This document shows positions 50,581 to 60,025 of a stretch of 64,000 nt of DNA, piece by piece. The notes below the pieces were generated by a model. The model worked only from the letters and a program-made list of their open reading frames with translations, was not told the origin of the DNA and did no database searches. The stretch is taken from the NCBI GenBank assembly GCA_036339735.1, contig JAYZAL010000079.1, positions 69,592 to 133,591 on the forward strand, given 5' to 3'. The stretch's first letter is position 1, and every line of letters starts with the position of its first letter. Both the position numbers and the translations under genes were made by a program. Source of the stretch: Candidatus Poribacteria bacterium (lineage in GTDB: Bacteria; Poribacteria; WGA-4E; UBA9662).

Positions 50581-51496
50581 AAGAATCACTGGGCCTTTAG
50601 AAATGATTGGTGGTAGTGGTGAGAGTGAGGCGGTAAGTGCTCATGAGTTGCGTGCTGTAGAACAAGAACGAATGGGTAAATTCTTGATGCTCGCGAGGGA
50701 GCCAGAAGTTGATGACCTTCCTTTGCCTGTTAATATCCAAGGTATTTATGATCATACTGTTCAAGTCGCAGAGAACCGATCTGCAGAAATTGTGCAGTCC
50801 GCGGAGGATAACGCCGCCCAGTTGATTAAAAATGCAAACGAAGATGGTCGAAGTATAGTAGAAAGTGCTAGGGAAGATGCAGAACAGGTCGGCTCCGACA
50901 TCCGGAAAAAAGCCACAGAAGATGCATGCGAAATTCGAGATGAAGCCGAAAAAACTGCGAGAGAAATTGGGCACCAACAAGGGGTTGAGGCAGGGAAAAT
51001 AGAGGGGGCTGAATTAGGCCACCAAGAAGGTTGGGAACAAGGCTACAAGGAAGGTTGGGAACAAGGTCATCGTGAATACGTTGAGGTAACGGAACAAGTC
51101 AGGGATTTTCTCCAATCGATAAAGGTACAAAAGGATGAAATTTTCGAAACAGCTGAAACGGATTTAATTGGATTGGTGTTTGATATTGCAGAAAAAGTTA
51201 TCCATCATCAGATTTCGAACGATCAAGTAACCTATTATGCTGTAAAATCGGCTCTTGACTTTGCGGTCGGTAGCCAGAAGCTGGAAATTCGCGTTAATCC
51301 TAAAGACATAAAATCACTTGAACCACATCATGATGAATTTCACCAATTAGTGAGTCAAGTTGAGCAGCTTGAGATTGTTGAAGATGAAGAAGTTGATTTG
51401 GGGGGATGTCTTCTGATTTCCGATTTTGGCCAACTTGATTCCCGACTTGAGACTAAGTTAAGCCAAGTTGACCAAATCGTGCGGCCGGAAAACTAG
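50573..51496 (+). CDS. fliH: Export apparatus protein FliH
   Basis: AxxxGxxxG repeats, IAEKVI, IRVNPKD, GGC.L.S.FG.LD. Confidence 0.9.
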   Translation: MGRRITGPLEMIGGSGESEAVSAHELRAVEQERMGKFLMLAREPEVDDLPLPVNIQGIYDHTVQVAENRSAEIVQSAEDNAAQLIKNANEDGRSIVESAREDAEQVGSDIRKKATEDACEIRDEAEKTAREIGHQQGVEAGKIEGAELGHQEGWEQGYKEGWEQGHREYVEVTEQVRDFLQSIKVQKDEIFETAETDLIGLVFDIAEKVIHHQISNDQVTYYAVKSALDFAVGSQKLEIRVNPKDIKSLEPHHDEFHQLVSQVEQLEIVEDEEVDLGGCLLISDFGQLDSRLETKLSQVDQIVRPEN

Positions 51497-51504
51497 AATA
51501 AAGA

Positions 51505-52824
51505 GTGATAGTGGATCGGTTAGATATTAAACGTTATAGGAACCGATTGCGCCAGATCCGGCTGGCTCCAATTGTGGGGAGAGTCGTAGAAACAGTTGGC
51601 CTGCTGGTGAAAGCGCAAGGTCTAAAGTTACCCGTGGGTGAGTCGTGTTTGATCCAGAGTAGAAAAGGGATTGTTCCTGCAGAGGTAATTGGATTTCATA
51701 GTAGCCAGCAATGTTTGCTTATGGTTTTGGGTGAGATGGAAGGGCTTGCTCCAGGCGATGAAATCTTAGCTACTGGCCGTTTGCCATCTGTTCCTGTAAG
51801 CCCATCATTGTTGGGTCGTGTGATTGATAGTATGGGAGTCCCGATTGATGGTAAAGGTCAATTGTCTTGCCAGGATGAGTACCCAATTTATCAATCTCCC
51901 CCGCCTCCACTTACACGCAGTTCGATAAGGGAAGTAATACCAACGGGGGTTTGTGCTATTGACTCCCTTTTGACGTTGGCAAAGGGGCAAAGGGTTGGTA
52001 TATTCGGTGGTAGTGGTGTAGGAAAGAGTATTTTGATGGGGATGATTGCGCGTAAGACAATGGCAGATGTCAATGTCGTGGCCCTGATAGGAGAACGAGG
52101 GAGAGAAGTAGAATACTTTGCCAACCAGGTTTTGGGCGAAGAAGGTTTAGCTAAGAGTGTTGTCGTAGTTGCAACATCTGATCAGCCTGCGCTTATGCGC
52201 ATCCGTGGAGCTTTTGCTGCCACGGCGATTGCTGAGTATTTTAGAGACCAAGGTAAAGATGTATTATTAATGATGGATTCGGTAACACGATTTGCAATGG
52301 CACAGCGAGAGGTTGGTATGACGGTGGGCGAGCCTCCTACTACTCGCGGCTACACACCGTCAGTGTTTTCTATCTTACCGAAATTAGTAGAACGTTCCGG
52401 AACCTCAGAAGGAGAAGGGAGTATTACAGGAGTATACACAGTGTTGGTCGAAGGTGACGATATGATGGAGCCAATCGCAGATGCGACTCGTTCGATTTTG
52501 GATGGTCATATTGTGTTATCTCGTGAATTGGCTTCTCAGGGACATTATCCGGCCATTGATGTATTGGAGAGTGTTAGTCGGCTAATGGTGGACATTGTTC
52601 CACAAGAGCATTTGCAAGCATCAGACCAACTACGAAATCTACTAGCAACATATCGAACGAACCAGACTTTGATTAATATTGGACTGTATAGGACTGGTAG
52701 CGACCCTCAAATTGACATGGCTGTCAATTATCGTGAGTCTATTAGTGAATTTTTAAAGCAAAAAATACAAGATGAGCGTCCTTATGGTCAAAGCATTTCA
52801 ACCCTTTGTGGCATGTTCGCTTAA
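51505..52824 (+). CDS. fliI: Flagellar export ATPase FliI
   Basis: GGSGVGKS, IGERGREV, MDSVTRFAMAQRE, GEPP, LDGHIVLSR. Confidence 0.96.
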   Translation: MIVDRLDIKRYRNRLRQIRLAPIVGRVVETVGLLVKAQGLKLPVGESCLIQSRKGIVPAEVIGFHSSQQCLLMVLGEMEGLAPGDEILATGRLPSVPVSPSLLGRVIDSMGVPIDGKGQLSCQDEYPIYQSPPPPLTRSSIREVIPTGVCAIDSLLTLAKGQRVGIFGGSGVGKSILMGMIARKTMADVNVVALIGERGREVEYFANQVLGEEGLAKSVVVVATSDQPALMRIRGAFAATAIAEYFRDQGKDVLLMMDSVTRFAMAQREVGMTVGEPPTTRGYTPSVFSILPKLVERSGTSEGEGSITGVYTVLVEGDDMMEPIADATRSILDGHIVLSRELASQGHYPAIDVLESVSRLMVDIVPQEHLQASDQLRNLLATYRTNQTLINIGLYRTGSDPQIDMAVNYRESISEFLKQKIQDERPYGQSISTLCGMFA

Positions 52825-52837
52825 GGTATAGGGAATA

Positions 52838-53296
52838 TTGATGAGAAAATTTCGATTTCCTTTGCAACAAGTCCTCGAAATCCGAGATAGTATCGAAAAG
52901 CAGAGACAAGGTGAGTTCGTCGCAGCAAGACAAAATGTATCCGATGCAGAACAGACGTTTGAAAGCATGTTACGTTTACAAAAGGGTGCTGTTGATGCAT
53001 ACCGTGAGCAGCAAGTGCTGAATATAAGCCCACACGAGAGTCGTTATTATTTCGACTATTTCTGTAATCTAGAACTACAAATGATTAATCAATTGCAATC
53101 AATTACTGAACTTAAACAAGTTGCGGAAGAAAAGCGCGACCAATTACTGGAAGCTTCACAAGATAAGTTAGCAATTGAAGAGTTAGAAAAACAGGAAAGT
53201 AATCGTTATCATCAACTTATGGAAAAAAGAGAGCAAATCAACGTTGACGATATTTCCGCAATTACTTACAATTATAAACGAAGCCTCGAGCGTTAA
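52838..53296 (+). CDS. fliJ: Export protein FliJ
   Basis: FRFPLQQVLEIR..EQINVDD; follows fliI. Confidence 0.88.
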   Translation: MMRKFRFPLQQVLEIRDSIEKQRQGEFVAARQNVSDAEQTFESMLRLQKGAVDAYREQQVLNISPHESRYYFDYFCNLELQMINQLQSITELKQVAEEKRDQLLEASQDKLAIEELEKQESNRYHQLMEKREQINVDDISAITYNYKRSLER

Positions 53297-53317
53297 ATAT
53301 CGGATGGGAAACAAATA

Positions 53318-54043
53318 ATGCCTAAAAAACTGCTCTTTATTGGTGGTCCTATTTTTGTACTTATAGTTTTGGTAGCTATAACTTTTGTTTTCGATATCTT
53401 TGGTGCTCGATCGGCCATCTTTGGTAGTGACCAAGTATCTGGAGAGATGGCAGCCTTAAATCCGGAAGCAAAAAATGAAGAAAAGTCTTTGAGTCAATAT
53501 GATAAATTCCTACAAGAAACAATTAGACTAGAGCGCCAAGCGTTGCAATCAGAGCGAGTGTTACTCGATGAACAGTTAGTTTTGCTGGAGCAGAGGACAC
53601 AAACAATAAAGAAACGTGAACAGGAACTTCAAGCTCTGGATGTGAAACTAGCTGAAAGCCAATCTAATTTAGTTGACCAAGAAAAAGAACTATCAGATAA
53701 GCGTCGAGCTCTAGAAGTACGTGAAGAGCAAGTAAAGGAACTGGAGAAACAAAAAGAAGAAAATAAACCTATCCCGTTACCTGCTGTTTCTTTTAGTCAA
53801 GAAGCGAAAGATAGAGAGCATAAAAAAATGGCCAAAGGTTTTAGTACTATGCGTGCCAAGGAAGTTGCAAATATTTTGGACGAAATGTTGAAGCGTGGCG
53901 ATGAAGGTCGTTCAGATGTGTTGAGCTTGCTTAGGAAAACAGATAATAGTACGCGGATGAGAATTCTTTCAGTGATTGCAAAAGACGATATAAAAACTGC
54001 GACTGAATTGACTCAGACCCTTATGCTTCCGGCTGGCAATTAA
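53318..54043 (+). CDS. YlxF/FlbB/MotE-like membrane-anchored coiled-coil protein
   Basis: N-terminal TM, long coiled coil, KMAKGFSTMRAKEVANILDEM MgtE_N-like end; in the ylxF/flbB position. Confidence 0.7.
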   Translation: MPKKLLFIGGPIFVLIVLVAITFVFDIFGARSAIFGSDQVSGEMAALNPEAKNEEKSLSQYDKFLQETIRLERQALQSERVLLDEQLVLLEQRTQTIKKREQELQALDVKLAESQSNLVDQEKELSDKRRALEVREEQVKELEKQKEENKPIPLPAVSFSQEAKDREHKKMAKGFSTMRAKEVANILDEMLKRGDEGRSDVLSLLRKTDNSTRMRILSVIAKDDIKTATELTQTLMLPAGN

Positions 54044-54071
54044 CCAGTGTTCGTACGCACGCAGTAGTGGA

Positions 54072-54311
54072 ATGATCACCTTAACTAAAACTGATGGAAG
54101 TCCACTTGTCCTGAATGCGGAATTAATCAAGTGGTTGGATGGGACGGCCAATCAGACCACGACTGTTACATTGGTTACGGAAAACAAATTGATGGTCAAA
54201 GAGAACGTTGAGACAATTGTACAAGGTGTTATAGATTACAAACGATTAATTAATATTTATGAGTTAGATCCAGATGCTACGCATCTGGATCTAACAAGTA
54301 AGAATAGATAG
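54072..54311 (+). CDS. flbD: FlbD (SwrD)-family protein
   Basis: MITLTKTDG..LNAELI..T.VTL..K..VKE; precedes motA. Confidence 0.88.
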   Translation: MITLTKTDGSPLVLNAELIKWLDGTANQTTTVTLVTENKLMVKENVETIVQGVIDYKRLINIYELDPDATHLDLTSKNR

Positions 54312-54326
54312 GAGAAAGTTACAGAA

Positions 54327-55115
54327 ATGCCAAATACTCCGATAGGATTTGCAATTACCCTAGGTGCCGTAGTCTTGACTATGATCCTAGCTTCTGGTGG
54401 GAACTTCGGAATGTTTATTGACGTCCCTTCACTGTTAATCTGTATCCCAGGACCAATTGGGATGGGGCTAGCCAGTGGTACTATGCGTCAGTTCTCCAAC
54501 GCGATGGCTGCGGCGGGTAGTATATGGGGAGCTTCTTCTTTTCCTTATGCTGAAACCATTCAACAATTCAAAGAGATGGCAAGCGTTTTGCGCCGTGAAG
54601 GACCAATGGGGCTGCAGGCTGTTGATATATCGGATGATTTAATGCAATTTGGAACTGAACTTATTTTAGGTGGTGTGGCTGATTCTGAAACATTGTCATC
54701 TCAGATGATGCCTCGCCTAGATGCGATTAAAGCTGATGCAAATTCTAATCAGGTGGTTTGGGTAACCTTAGGGACATTCGCTCCTGCTTATGGTATGATT
54801 GGGACATTAGTTGGTTTAGTAGCCATGCTTGCAGCATTGGATGATCCCAGTGCTATTGGACCTAAAATGTCAGTAGCTTTGATTACAACTCTGTACGGGG
54901 CGTTAATCGCCAATGCCGCAACTGCACCTATAGCCAATAAGATAGGTGTTAACACTGAAGAAGAGCTAGTTTACAAAGATATGGTTGTTGCAGGAATGGT
55001 TGAATTATTAAATGCGCCAGATCCCGATGGTATGGTTGATATGATGCTATCACGGGTACCCTTGGGCCTACTGGAAGAAGTTACTCCTCAAGTTCGAGAG
55101 GCTGAAGCAGGTTAA
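54327..55115 (+). CDS. motA: Stator A subunit (MotA/PomA type)
   Basis: FIDVPSLLI, APAYGMIGTLVGLVAML..DDPSAIG..VALITTLYG. Confidence 0.93.
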   Translation: MPNTPIGFAITLGAVVLTMILASGGNFGMFIDVPSLLICIPGPIGMGLASGTMRQFSNAMAAAGSIWGASSFPYAETIQQFKEMASVLRREGPMGLQAVDISDDLMQFGTELILGGVADSETLSSQMMPRLDAIKADANSNQVVWVTLGTFAPAYGMIGTLVGLVAMLAALDDPSAIGPKMSVALITTLYGALIANAATAPIANKIGVNTEEELVYKDMVVAGMVELLNAPDPDGMVDMMLSRVPLGLLEEVTPQVREAEAG

Positions 55116-55189
55116 TTAGACAAGTGTAATTAGAATAATAATTTGATCTAGATTTAAGAATTTATAGCTAGTCCTTTAGGAGGTTTAAG

Positions 55190-55996
55190 ATGGGCGAACT
55201 TGAAGATGCTCAAGCTGCATTAGCGGCCTCAGAACTTGAGAAAGCGACCATGTGTGAAGGTTGGATGGCAACCTACGGCGATTTGGTGACACTGCTTTTT
55301 GCCTTTTTTGTATTGTTGTTTGCTTTCGCAACTATTGATTCTCAGAAATTTAAGGAGCTCGTGATCTCTCTGAAAGGTACAATGGGAGTATTATCAGGAG
55401 GTGAGCGTTTGTTTCAACCGGGCGATATCCCAAAACCTGACCCCGCAGGATCAGGTAGCCCCGTTGCTGCTCAGAGTTTGGCTCAACCAGTTCCTACTAA
55501 GGCTGATAACGCAGTTGGTGAAAAAGGTGAAGTTGATGAAGGATCTCAGAAAGGTGAAGAGTCAGAACCCGAAACATATCAGGCAGGCGAAGGAAAGCCT
55601 GTTATTATCCTAAAGAATATGGCTAGTTTTGAAGAAGGATCGGACCAGTTAAGTTCAGAGGATAAAAGCCAATTAGATAAGGTTGTACCTTTAATTGTTC
55701 AAAACAGAGGACGAACGATTGCTATTGTAGGGCACGCTGATCCGAAGCAACTTAGAGACCCAGTTAATAAGTTGGCTAACTGGGACTTGGCGGCAAGACG
55801 ATCACGGCAAGTGATTCAGTATTTTGTTCAAGAAAAAGGAATAGATCAAGCGCGCTTTGAGTTACTCGCTTATTCTAGTGTTAAGGAACCTGTCCGAACA
55901 ACTGATAACCCAAGAAGGGTTGACATTGTTATTCGTCAGAAGTTCAGGCCAGCCAAAGAAGTTAAGCTGGAAGAGATTATAAAACAGTTCAATTAG
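55190..55996 (+). CDS. motB: Stator B subunit (MotB/PomB type)
   Basis: WMATYGDLVTLLFAFFVLL; OmpA-like GHAD..NWDLAARR..RRVDIVI. Confidence 0.93.
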   Translation: MGELEDAQAALAASELEKATMCEGWMATYGDLVTLLFAFFVLLFAFATIDSQKFKELVISLKGTMGVLSGGERLFQPGDIPKPDPAGSGSPVAAQSLAQPVPTKADNAVGEKGEVDEGSQKGEESEPETYQAGEGKPVIILKNMASFEEGSDQLSSEDKSQLDKVVPLIVQNRGRTIAIVGHADPKQLRDPVNKLANWDLAARRSRQVIQYFVQEKGIDQARFELLAYSSVKEPVRTTDNPRRVDIVIRQKFRPAKEVKLEEIIKQFN

Positions 55997-56018
55997 TCAA
56001 TTCTCTCAGGAGGCAAAA

Positions 56019-56417
56019 ATGATACGTTGCATATGTATTCTCACTATGGCTTTGGTGGGGCCATTACTACTTTTCGGTTGTGGTGGCGGGGACGCTGAAG
56101 AACCTGAAATTTTTTATGGTTACAGTTTTCCTGACCCAATTATTACCAATTTCGATACAGAGTCAGGTAAGGGCTATCTGAGTATGAGTATCGTTTTGCA
56201 AGTTGGAAGTGATCAAGAAATCAATGACTATGGTTCCAAGGCTCCGCGTCTGAAGCACGCGGTTGTAACTTTTTTAGCAAAAAAAGAAACGCAAGAAATT
56301 TTGCCTGACTTAGTTCAAGATCCAATCAAGATGGGTGAATACATTCAGGAAGCGATTAAAGAGGAAGTTGGAGTCGAACCTAAAAAAGTTATGTTCGAGA
56401 GCTTTATTAGGCAGTAG
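56019..56417 (+). CDS. fliL: FliL-family protein with lipobox-like N-terminus
   Basis: IITNF..YL...I.L, PRLKHAV..FL, KVMFESFIRQ; between motB and fliM. Confidence 0.8.
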   Translation: MIRCICILTMALVGPLLLFGCGGGDAEEPEIFYGYSFPDPIITNFDTESGKGYLSMSIVLQVGSDQEINDYGSKAPRLKHAVVTFLAKKETQEILPDLVQDPIKMGEYIQEAIKEEVGVEPKKVMFESFIRQ

Positions 56418-56453
56418 CCTCGATTTTATTTCAATTATTCGAGATACTAAAAG

Positions 56454-57602
56454 GTGGCATGGATGTCCGAAGAAAACATCAGTGACGATGAGTTAACTGC
56501 TTTATTTGGTGATGATGAAGAGAGCGATGGGGGCGATAGTCCTCCAGTCGAAGATAGTGGAGGTGGGTCTAGTCCTAGCGAAGGCCAACTGATCAAGACC
56601 CATGACTGGGGTGAGAAGCGTAGATTGAGTACCGACCAGATGAGGACTTTAAATGATCTTCACGATCAATTTGCTAAATCATATGGGCCGGCACTTTCAA
56701 TTTCTATGAAACGACAAGTAGATATTCGCTTGTCAGAAGAGCCTAGGCAAACGACTTATGGTGAATTTGTTGCAGCATTGCCAAACCCAACCAGTTTGAA
56801 TCGGTTTGTATTGCCACCTTTGGAAGGACCCGCCGCTATTAATATGGACTTGGCTCTTGCTTTGCCTATTATCGATCGAATGCTAGGTGGAACAGGTGAT
56901 GCGATAGAAGAAGATGAAATTAGGTCGCCAACACAAATTGAAGAGCGAGTGTTGCAAAGAGTTTTGAAAAGTTTGCTCGAAGCGTTGCAAACTTCATGGA
57001 GTAAGGTCATTGATGTCGAGCCGGCTTTTACTTCAGCAGAATCCATCCCCTATTACTTACAACTGACCCAATTAGCTGATGATGTTGTTGTCGTTGCCGA
57101 GTTTGATGTTGCCATTCGAGATGAATTTGGCCCTATACTAGAAGGTGCTAAACTTTCAATTTGTTATCCATATATTCTTTTACAGCCCATTACTGCTAAA
57201 CTGAGAAGTGGTTCGTTTGCTTCTGCTGGTGGTATGGCGATTAATAAGGATCTTAGGGATAGTTTGGAGAAAGTTAAAGTCCCACTATATGGAATTCTGG
57301 TTCGGGATCGACTCCGCATGCATGATATGTTAGAAATGGAAGTTGGAGATGTTCTAACGTTCCGTACTAACCTTGATGAGGCTAGTGAGGTGGTAATTGG
57401 GAAAAACAGAGTCTTTTGGGCAAGGCCTGGAGTGATAGGTCGAAGGCATGCATTGAGGGTAGAAGCATTCATTAATCCTGAGCAAAGCTCACCTTTGGAA
57501 TTGACCGCGGATACAAATACCGATGAGGTGTCACCAACAGACGTGTCAGATGAAGTAGAACAAGTGAGTTCTGGTGGTTCATTCGACGTAAGGATGCAGT
57601 AA
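56454..57602 (+). CDS. fliM: C-ring switch protein FliM
   Basis: ISDDELTALF, QMRTL..LH, TYGEF...LPNPT, IIDRMLGG, ICYPY..LQP, SpoA-type C-terminus. Confidence 0.92.
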   Translation: MAWMSEENISDDELTALFGDDEESDGGDSPPVEDSGGGSSPSEGQLIKTHDWGEKRRLSTDQMRTLNDLHDQFAKSYGPALSISMKRQVDIRLSEEPRQTTYGEFVAALPNPTSLNRFVLPPLEGPAAINMDLALALPIIDRMLGGTGDAIEEDEIRSPTQIEERVLQRVLKSLLEALQTSWSKVIDVEPAFTSAESIPYYLQLTQLADDVVVVAEFDVAIRDEFGPILEGAKLSICYPYILLQPITAKLRSGSFASAGGMAINKDLRDSLEKVKVPLYGILVRDRLRMHDMLEMEVGDVLTFRTNLDEASEVVIGKNRVFWARPGVIGRRHALRVEAFINPEQSSPLELTADTNTDEVSPTDVSDEVEQVSSGGSFDVRMQ

Positions 57603-57621
57603 AATTTACTAAAGGATAGTA

Positions 57622-58050
57622 ATGAGCGAAGAAAATAAAACAGAAGAAACCCAGAAAGCAGTACGGTACAGCCGCGTACCATTTCCTCAATTTACAGACC
57701 GAAAAGTGACTTCTAAGGAAGACAATATTTGGAAGTTGCAACGTGTGAAAACAGACATTACTGTTGAACTAGGAAGATCGAGAATGTCAGTCGCTGACAT
57801 GCTCAACCTTCGTCCATCTGATGGTGTCGACTTGAACAATTCCAATATGGCTCCTGATGATCTGAAACAATATGTGTTACGTTTAGAGAGACAGATTGGG
57901 GAACCCGTGGATTTATTAATTAATGGTCGGGTCTTTGCCAAGGGAGAGGTTGTTTCTACCGATTCGGGTGAAAATTATGCTGTGAGGGTGATTTCTATCC
58001 TCACAGAAGAACAACGTATAGACGAGCAGTTGAGAAGACTTCCACATTAG
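57622..58050 (+). CDS. fliN: FliN/SpoA-domain protein 1 (with insertion)
   Basis: ITVELGRSRM..L, GEPVDLLINGRVFAKGEVV..YAVRV. Confidence 0.8.
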   Translation: MSEENKTEETQKAVRYSRVPFPQFTDRKVTSKEDNIWKLQRVKTDITVELGRSRMSVADMLNLRPSDGVDLNNSNMAPDDLKQYVLRLERQIGEPVDLLINGRVFAKGEVVSTDSGENYAVRVISILTEEQRIDEQLRRLPH

Positions 58051-58065
58051 CAAGGAGTTGAACCC

Positions 58066-58377
58066 ATGAACGAATCTAACGTAACCGAAACTAATTCAGT
58101 ACAAGCGACTAATTTAGCCCATCTCACCCGAGTCCCGGTAGAGGTAACTGTCGAGCTAGGGAGGGCAGAAAGATCAATCAAGGATATTTTAGATCTTGGT
58201 GCAGGTTCTCTGATAGAGTTGGAATCTATTGTTGGAGAACCTGTTGATTTGTTGGTCAACGGCCAATTTTTTGCCAAGGGTGAGGTTATTGCTATTGAAG
58301 AAGAAACTTATGGTATTCGTATTACACATATTATCTCTGAGGACGAAAAAATGAATCGACTCAGTGAAATGCTTTAA
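58066..58377 (+). CDS. fliN: FliN/SpoA-domain protein 2
   Basis: VPVEVTVELGR..GSLIEL..GEPVDLLVNG..AKGEVI..YGIRIT. Confidence 0.9.
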   Translation: MNESNVTETNSVQATNLAHLTRVPVEVTVELGRAERSIKDILDLGAGSLIELESIVGEPVDLLVNGQFFAKGEVIAIEEETYGIRITHIISEDEKMNRLSEML

Positions 58378-58441
58378 AAGATATATAAGTTATTAAGGCA
58401 ATTAGGCCGAGTCAGATTGGTTTAATTAGTCACAGAGTATC

Positions 58442-58957
58442 ATGCCAGTTAGCAGGTTACAAATCGGTTGTTGTATTCTGGCTCTCTTTATGTTTTCTGC
58501 GCTGGTTGTTTCTCAGGATTCAGGAGGTTCGGCCCCCTTCATAGCACCTCAGGAAGAACTGAGTCTTCCTGTTCCTCCATCCAGCAATCCACTTTCATCT
58601 CTCATCAGCTGGGTTTTGGCCTTGCTTTTAGTCATTGTTGTTATCTACGTACTGGCTTTTTTCCTTAAAAAAGGACTAATGCGTATACGCCAACCCCTTG
58701 GGCCGCAGGGAAGTTTTCGCTTGATTGGTCATTTGACCCTAAGCCCAAAGTTGATTTTGTACTTAGTTGAGGTTGCAGATCGGGTTTTAGTGATGGCTGT
58801 CACTGATGATTCTGCAACGACTCTATCAGAGATTACAGATCCTGAGGTGGTAGACAGACTGGGACAAGAAGCAACCATATATGAGCCACAAACACCTGAT
58901 TTTATCTCTTACTTTAAGCAGGCTGCAGACCGCCTGAAACAGACAAAACGAGCATAA
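58442..58957 (+). CDS. fliO: FliO/FliZ export-gate chaperone
   Basis: TM followed by KKG, LSPK..LYLVEV..RVLVMAVT..TTLSEI; precedes fliP. Confidence 0.85.
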   Translation: MPVSRLQIGCCILALFMFSALVVSQDSGGSAPFIAPQEELSLPVPPSSNPLSSLISWVLALLLVIVVIYVLAFFLKKGLMRIRQPLGPQGSFRLIGHLTLSPKLILYLVEVADRVLVMAVTDDSATTLSEITDPEVVDRLGQEATIYEPQTPDFISYFKQAADRLKQTKRA

Positions 58958-58959
58958 GT

Positions 58960-59739
58960 TTGTCAACACAAAAACATTATCTGGCAGGATTAATCATCGC
59001 TTTTGTGCTGTTCACGTGTATAGGTAATGAATCTGCGGCCCAGTCTCCATTAATTGAGATCCCTCGTATTCCATTTTTAAGCCAAGATGGACTAGAAGAT
59101 AGAGGAGGGGTTGCGTCCTCTTTAGAGATCTTATTCTTTCTCACTGTTCTGACGTTGGCCCCTGCTATCGTTTTATTGACGACTTCTTTTACTCGAATGG
59201 TAATTGTTCTCGGTTTTTTGAGACAAGCGATAGGTCTTCAGCAAATCCCAGCCAACCAAATCATCGTTGGGCTGGCTTTGTTTATGACAGTATTTTTGAT
59301 GAGACCTGTTGGCACACAAATCTACCAAGAAGCCCTTCGTCCGTACATGGATGAAACTATTAGTGCGCAGGAGGCATTCCCAATTGTAGTTTCTTCGATG
59401 CGATCTTTCATGCTTCGTCACACACGTAAAAAAGATTTAGCCCTATTTCATCATATTGCAACTGGAGGTCAAGCGGCAGAAACTGTAGATGAAGTTGGCA
59501 CACTAACATTGATCCCTGCTTTTGTAATCAGTGAACTTAGTACGGCATTTCAAATGGCATTTTTGATTTATCTGCCATTTTTAGTCGTCGATTTAGTTAT
59601 TGCGAGTGTGCTTATGTCAATGGGTATGCTATTATTGCCTCCGGTATTAATTTCTTTGCCCTTCAAAATTCTGCTTTTTGTAGCAGTTGATGGGTGGAAT
59701 ATGATTGTGACTTCTTTGTTGCAAAGCTTCTCCATGTAA
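58960..59739 (+). CDS. fliP: Export gate protein FliP
   Basis: LTVLTLAP..TSFTR..LRQAIG.QQIP, PAFVISEL, LPFKILLFVAVDGW. Confidence 0.96.
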   Translation: MSTQKHYLAGLIIAFVLFTCIGNESAAQSPLIEIPRIPFLSQDGLEDRGGVASSLEILFFLTVLTLAPAIVLLTTSFTRMVIVLGFLRQAIGLQQIPANQIIVGLALFMTVFLMRPVGTQIYQEALRPYMDETISAQEAFPIVVSSMRSFMLRHTRKKDLALFHHIATGGQAAETVDEVGTLTLIPAFVISELSTAFQMAFLIYLPFLVVDLVIASVLMSMGMLLLPPVLISLPFKILLFVAVDGWNMIVTSLLQSFSM

Positions 59740-59749
59740 GGAGATTATT

Positions 59750-60019
59750 ATGACCCCAGAAGAAATTGTTGGAATCGGACGTGAGGCTCTTTATGTTGCA
59801 ATTCAGGTAGCCTCGCCTATTTTGATAGTTGGGTTAATTATTGGATTACTCATTGGGATTTTCCAAGCTACGACACAAATTCAAGAAATGACATTAACTT
59901 TTGTACCGAAACTAGTTGTGATGGTACTTCTGTTGCTCTTCTTGGGGAAATGGATCGCTGTCAACATGATTTCCTACACTGCTACAATATTTGAGCGTGT
60001 AGCGACAATTGCAGGATAG
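59750..60019 (+). CDS. fliQ: Export gate protein FliQ
   Basis: FQATTQIQEMTLTFVPK. Confidence 0.96.
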   Translation: MTPEEIVGIGREALYVAIQVASPILIVGLIIGLLIGIFQATTQIQEMTLTFVPKLVVMVLLLLFLGKWIAVNMISYTATIFERVATIAG

Positions 60020-60025
60020 CAGAAA

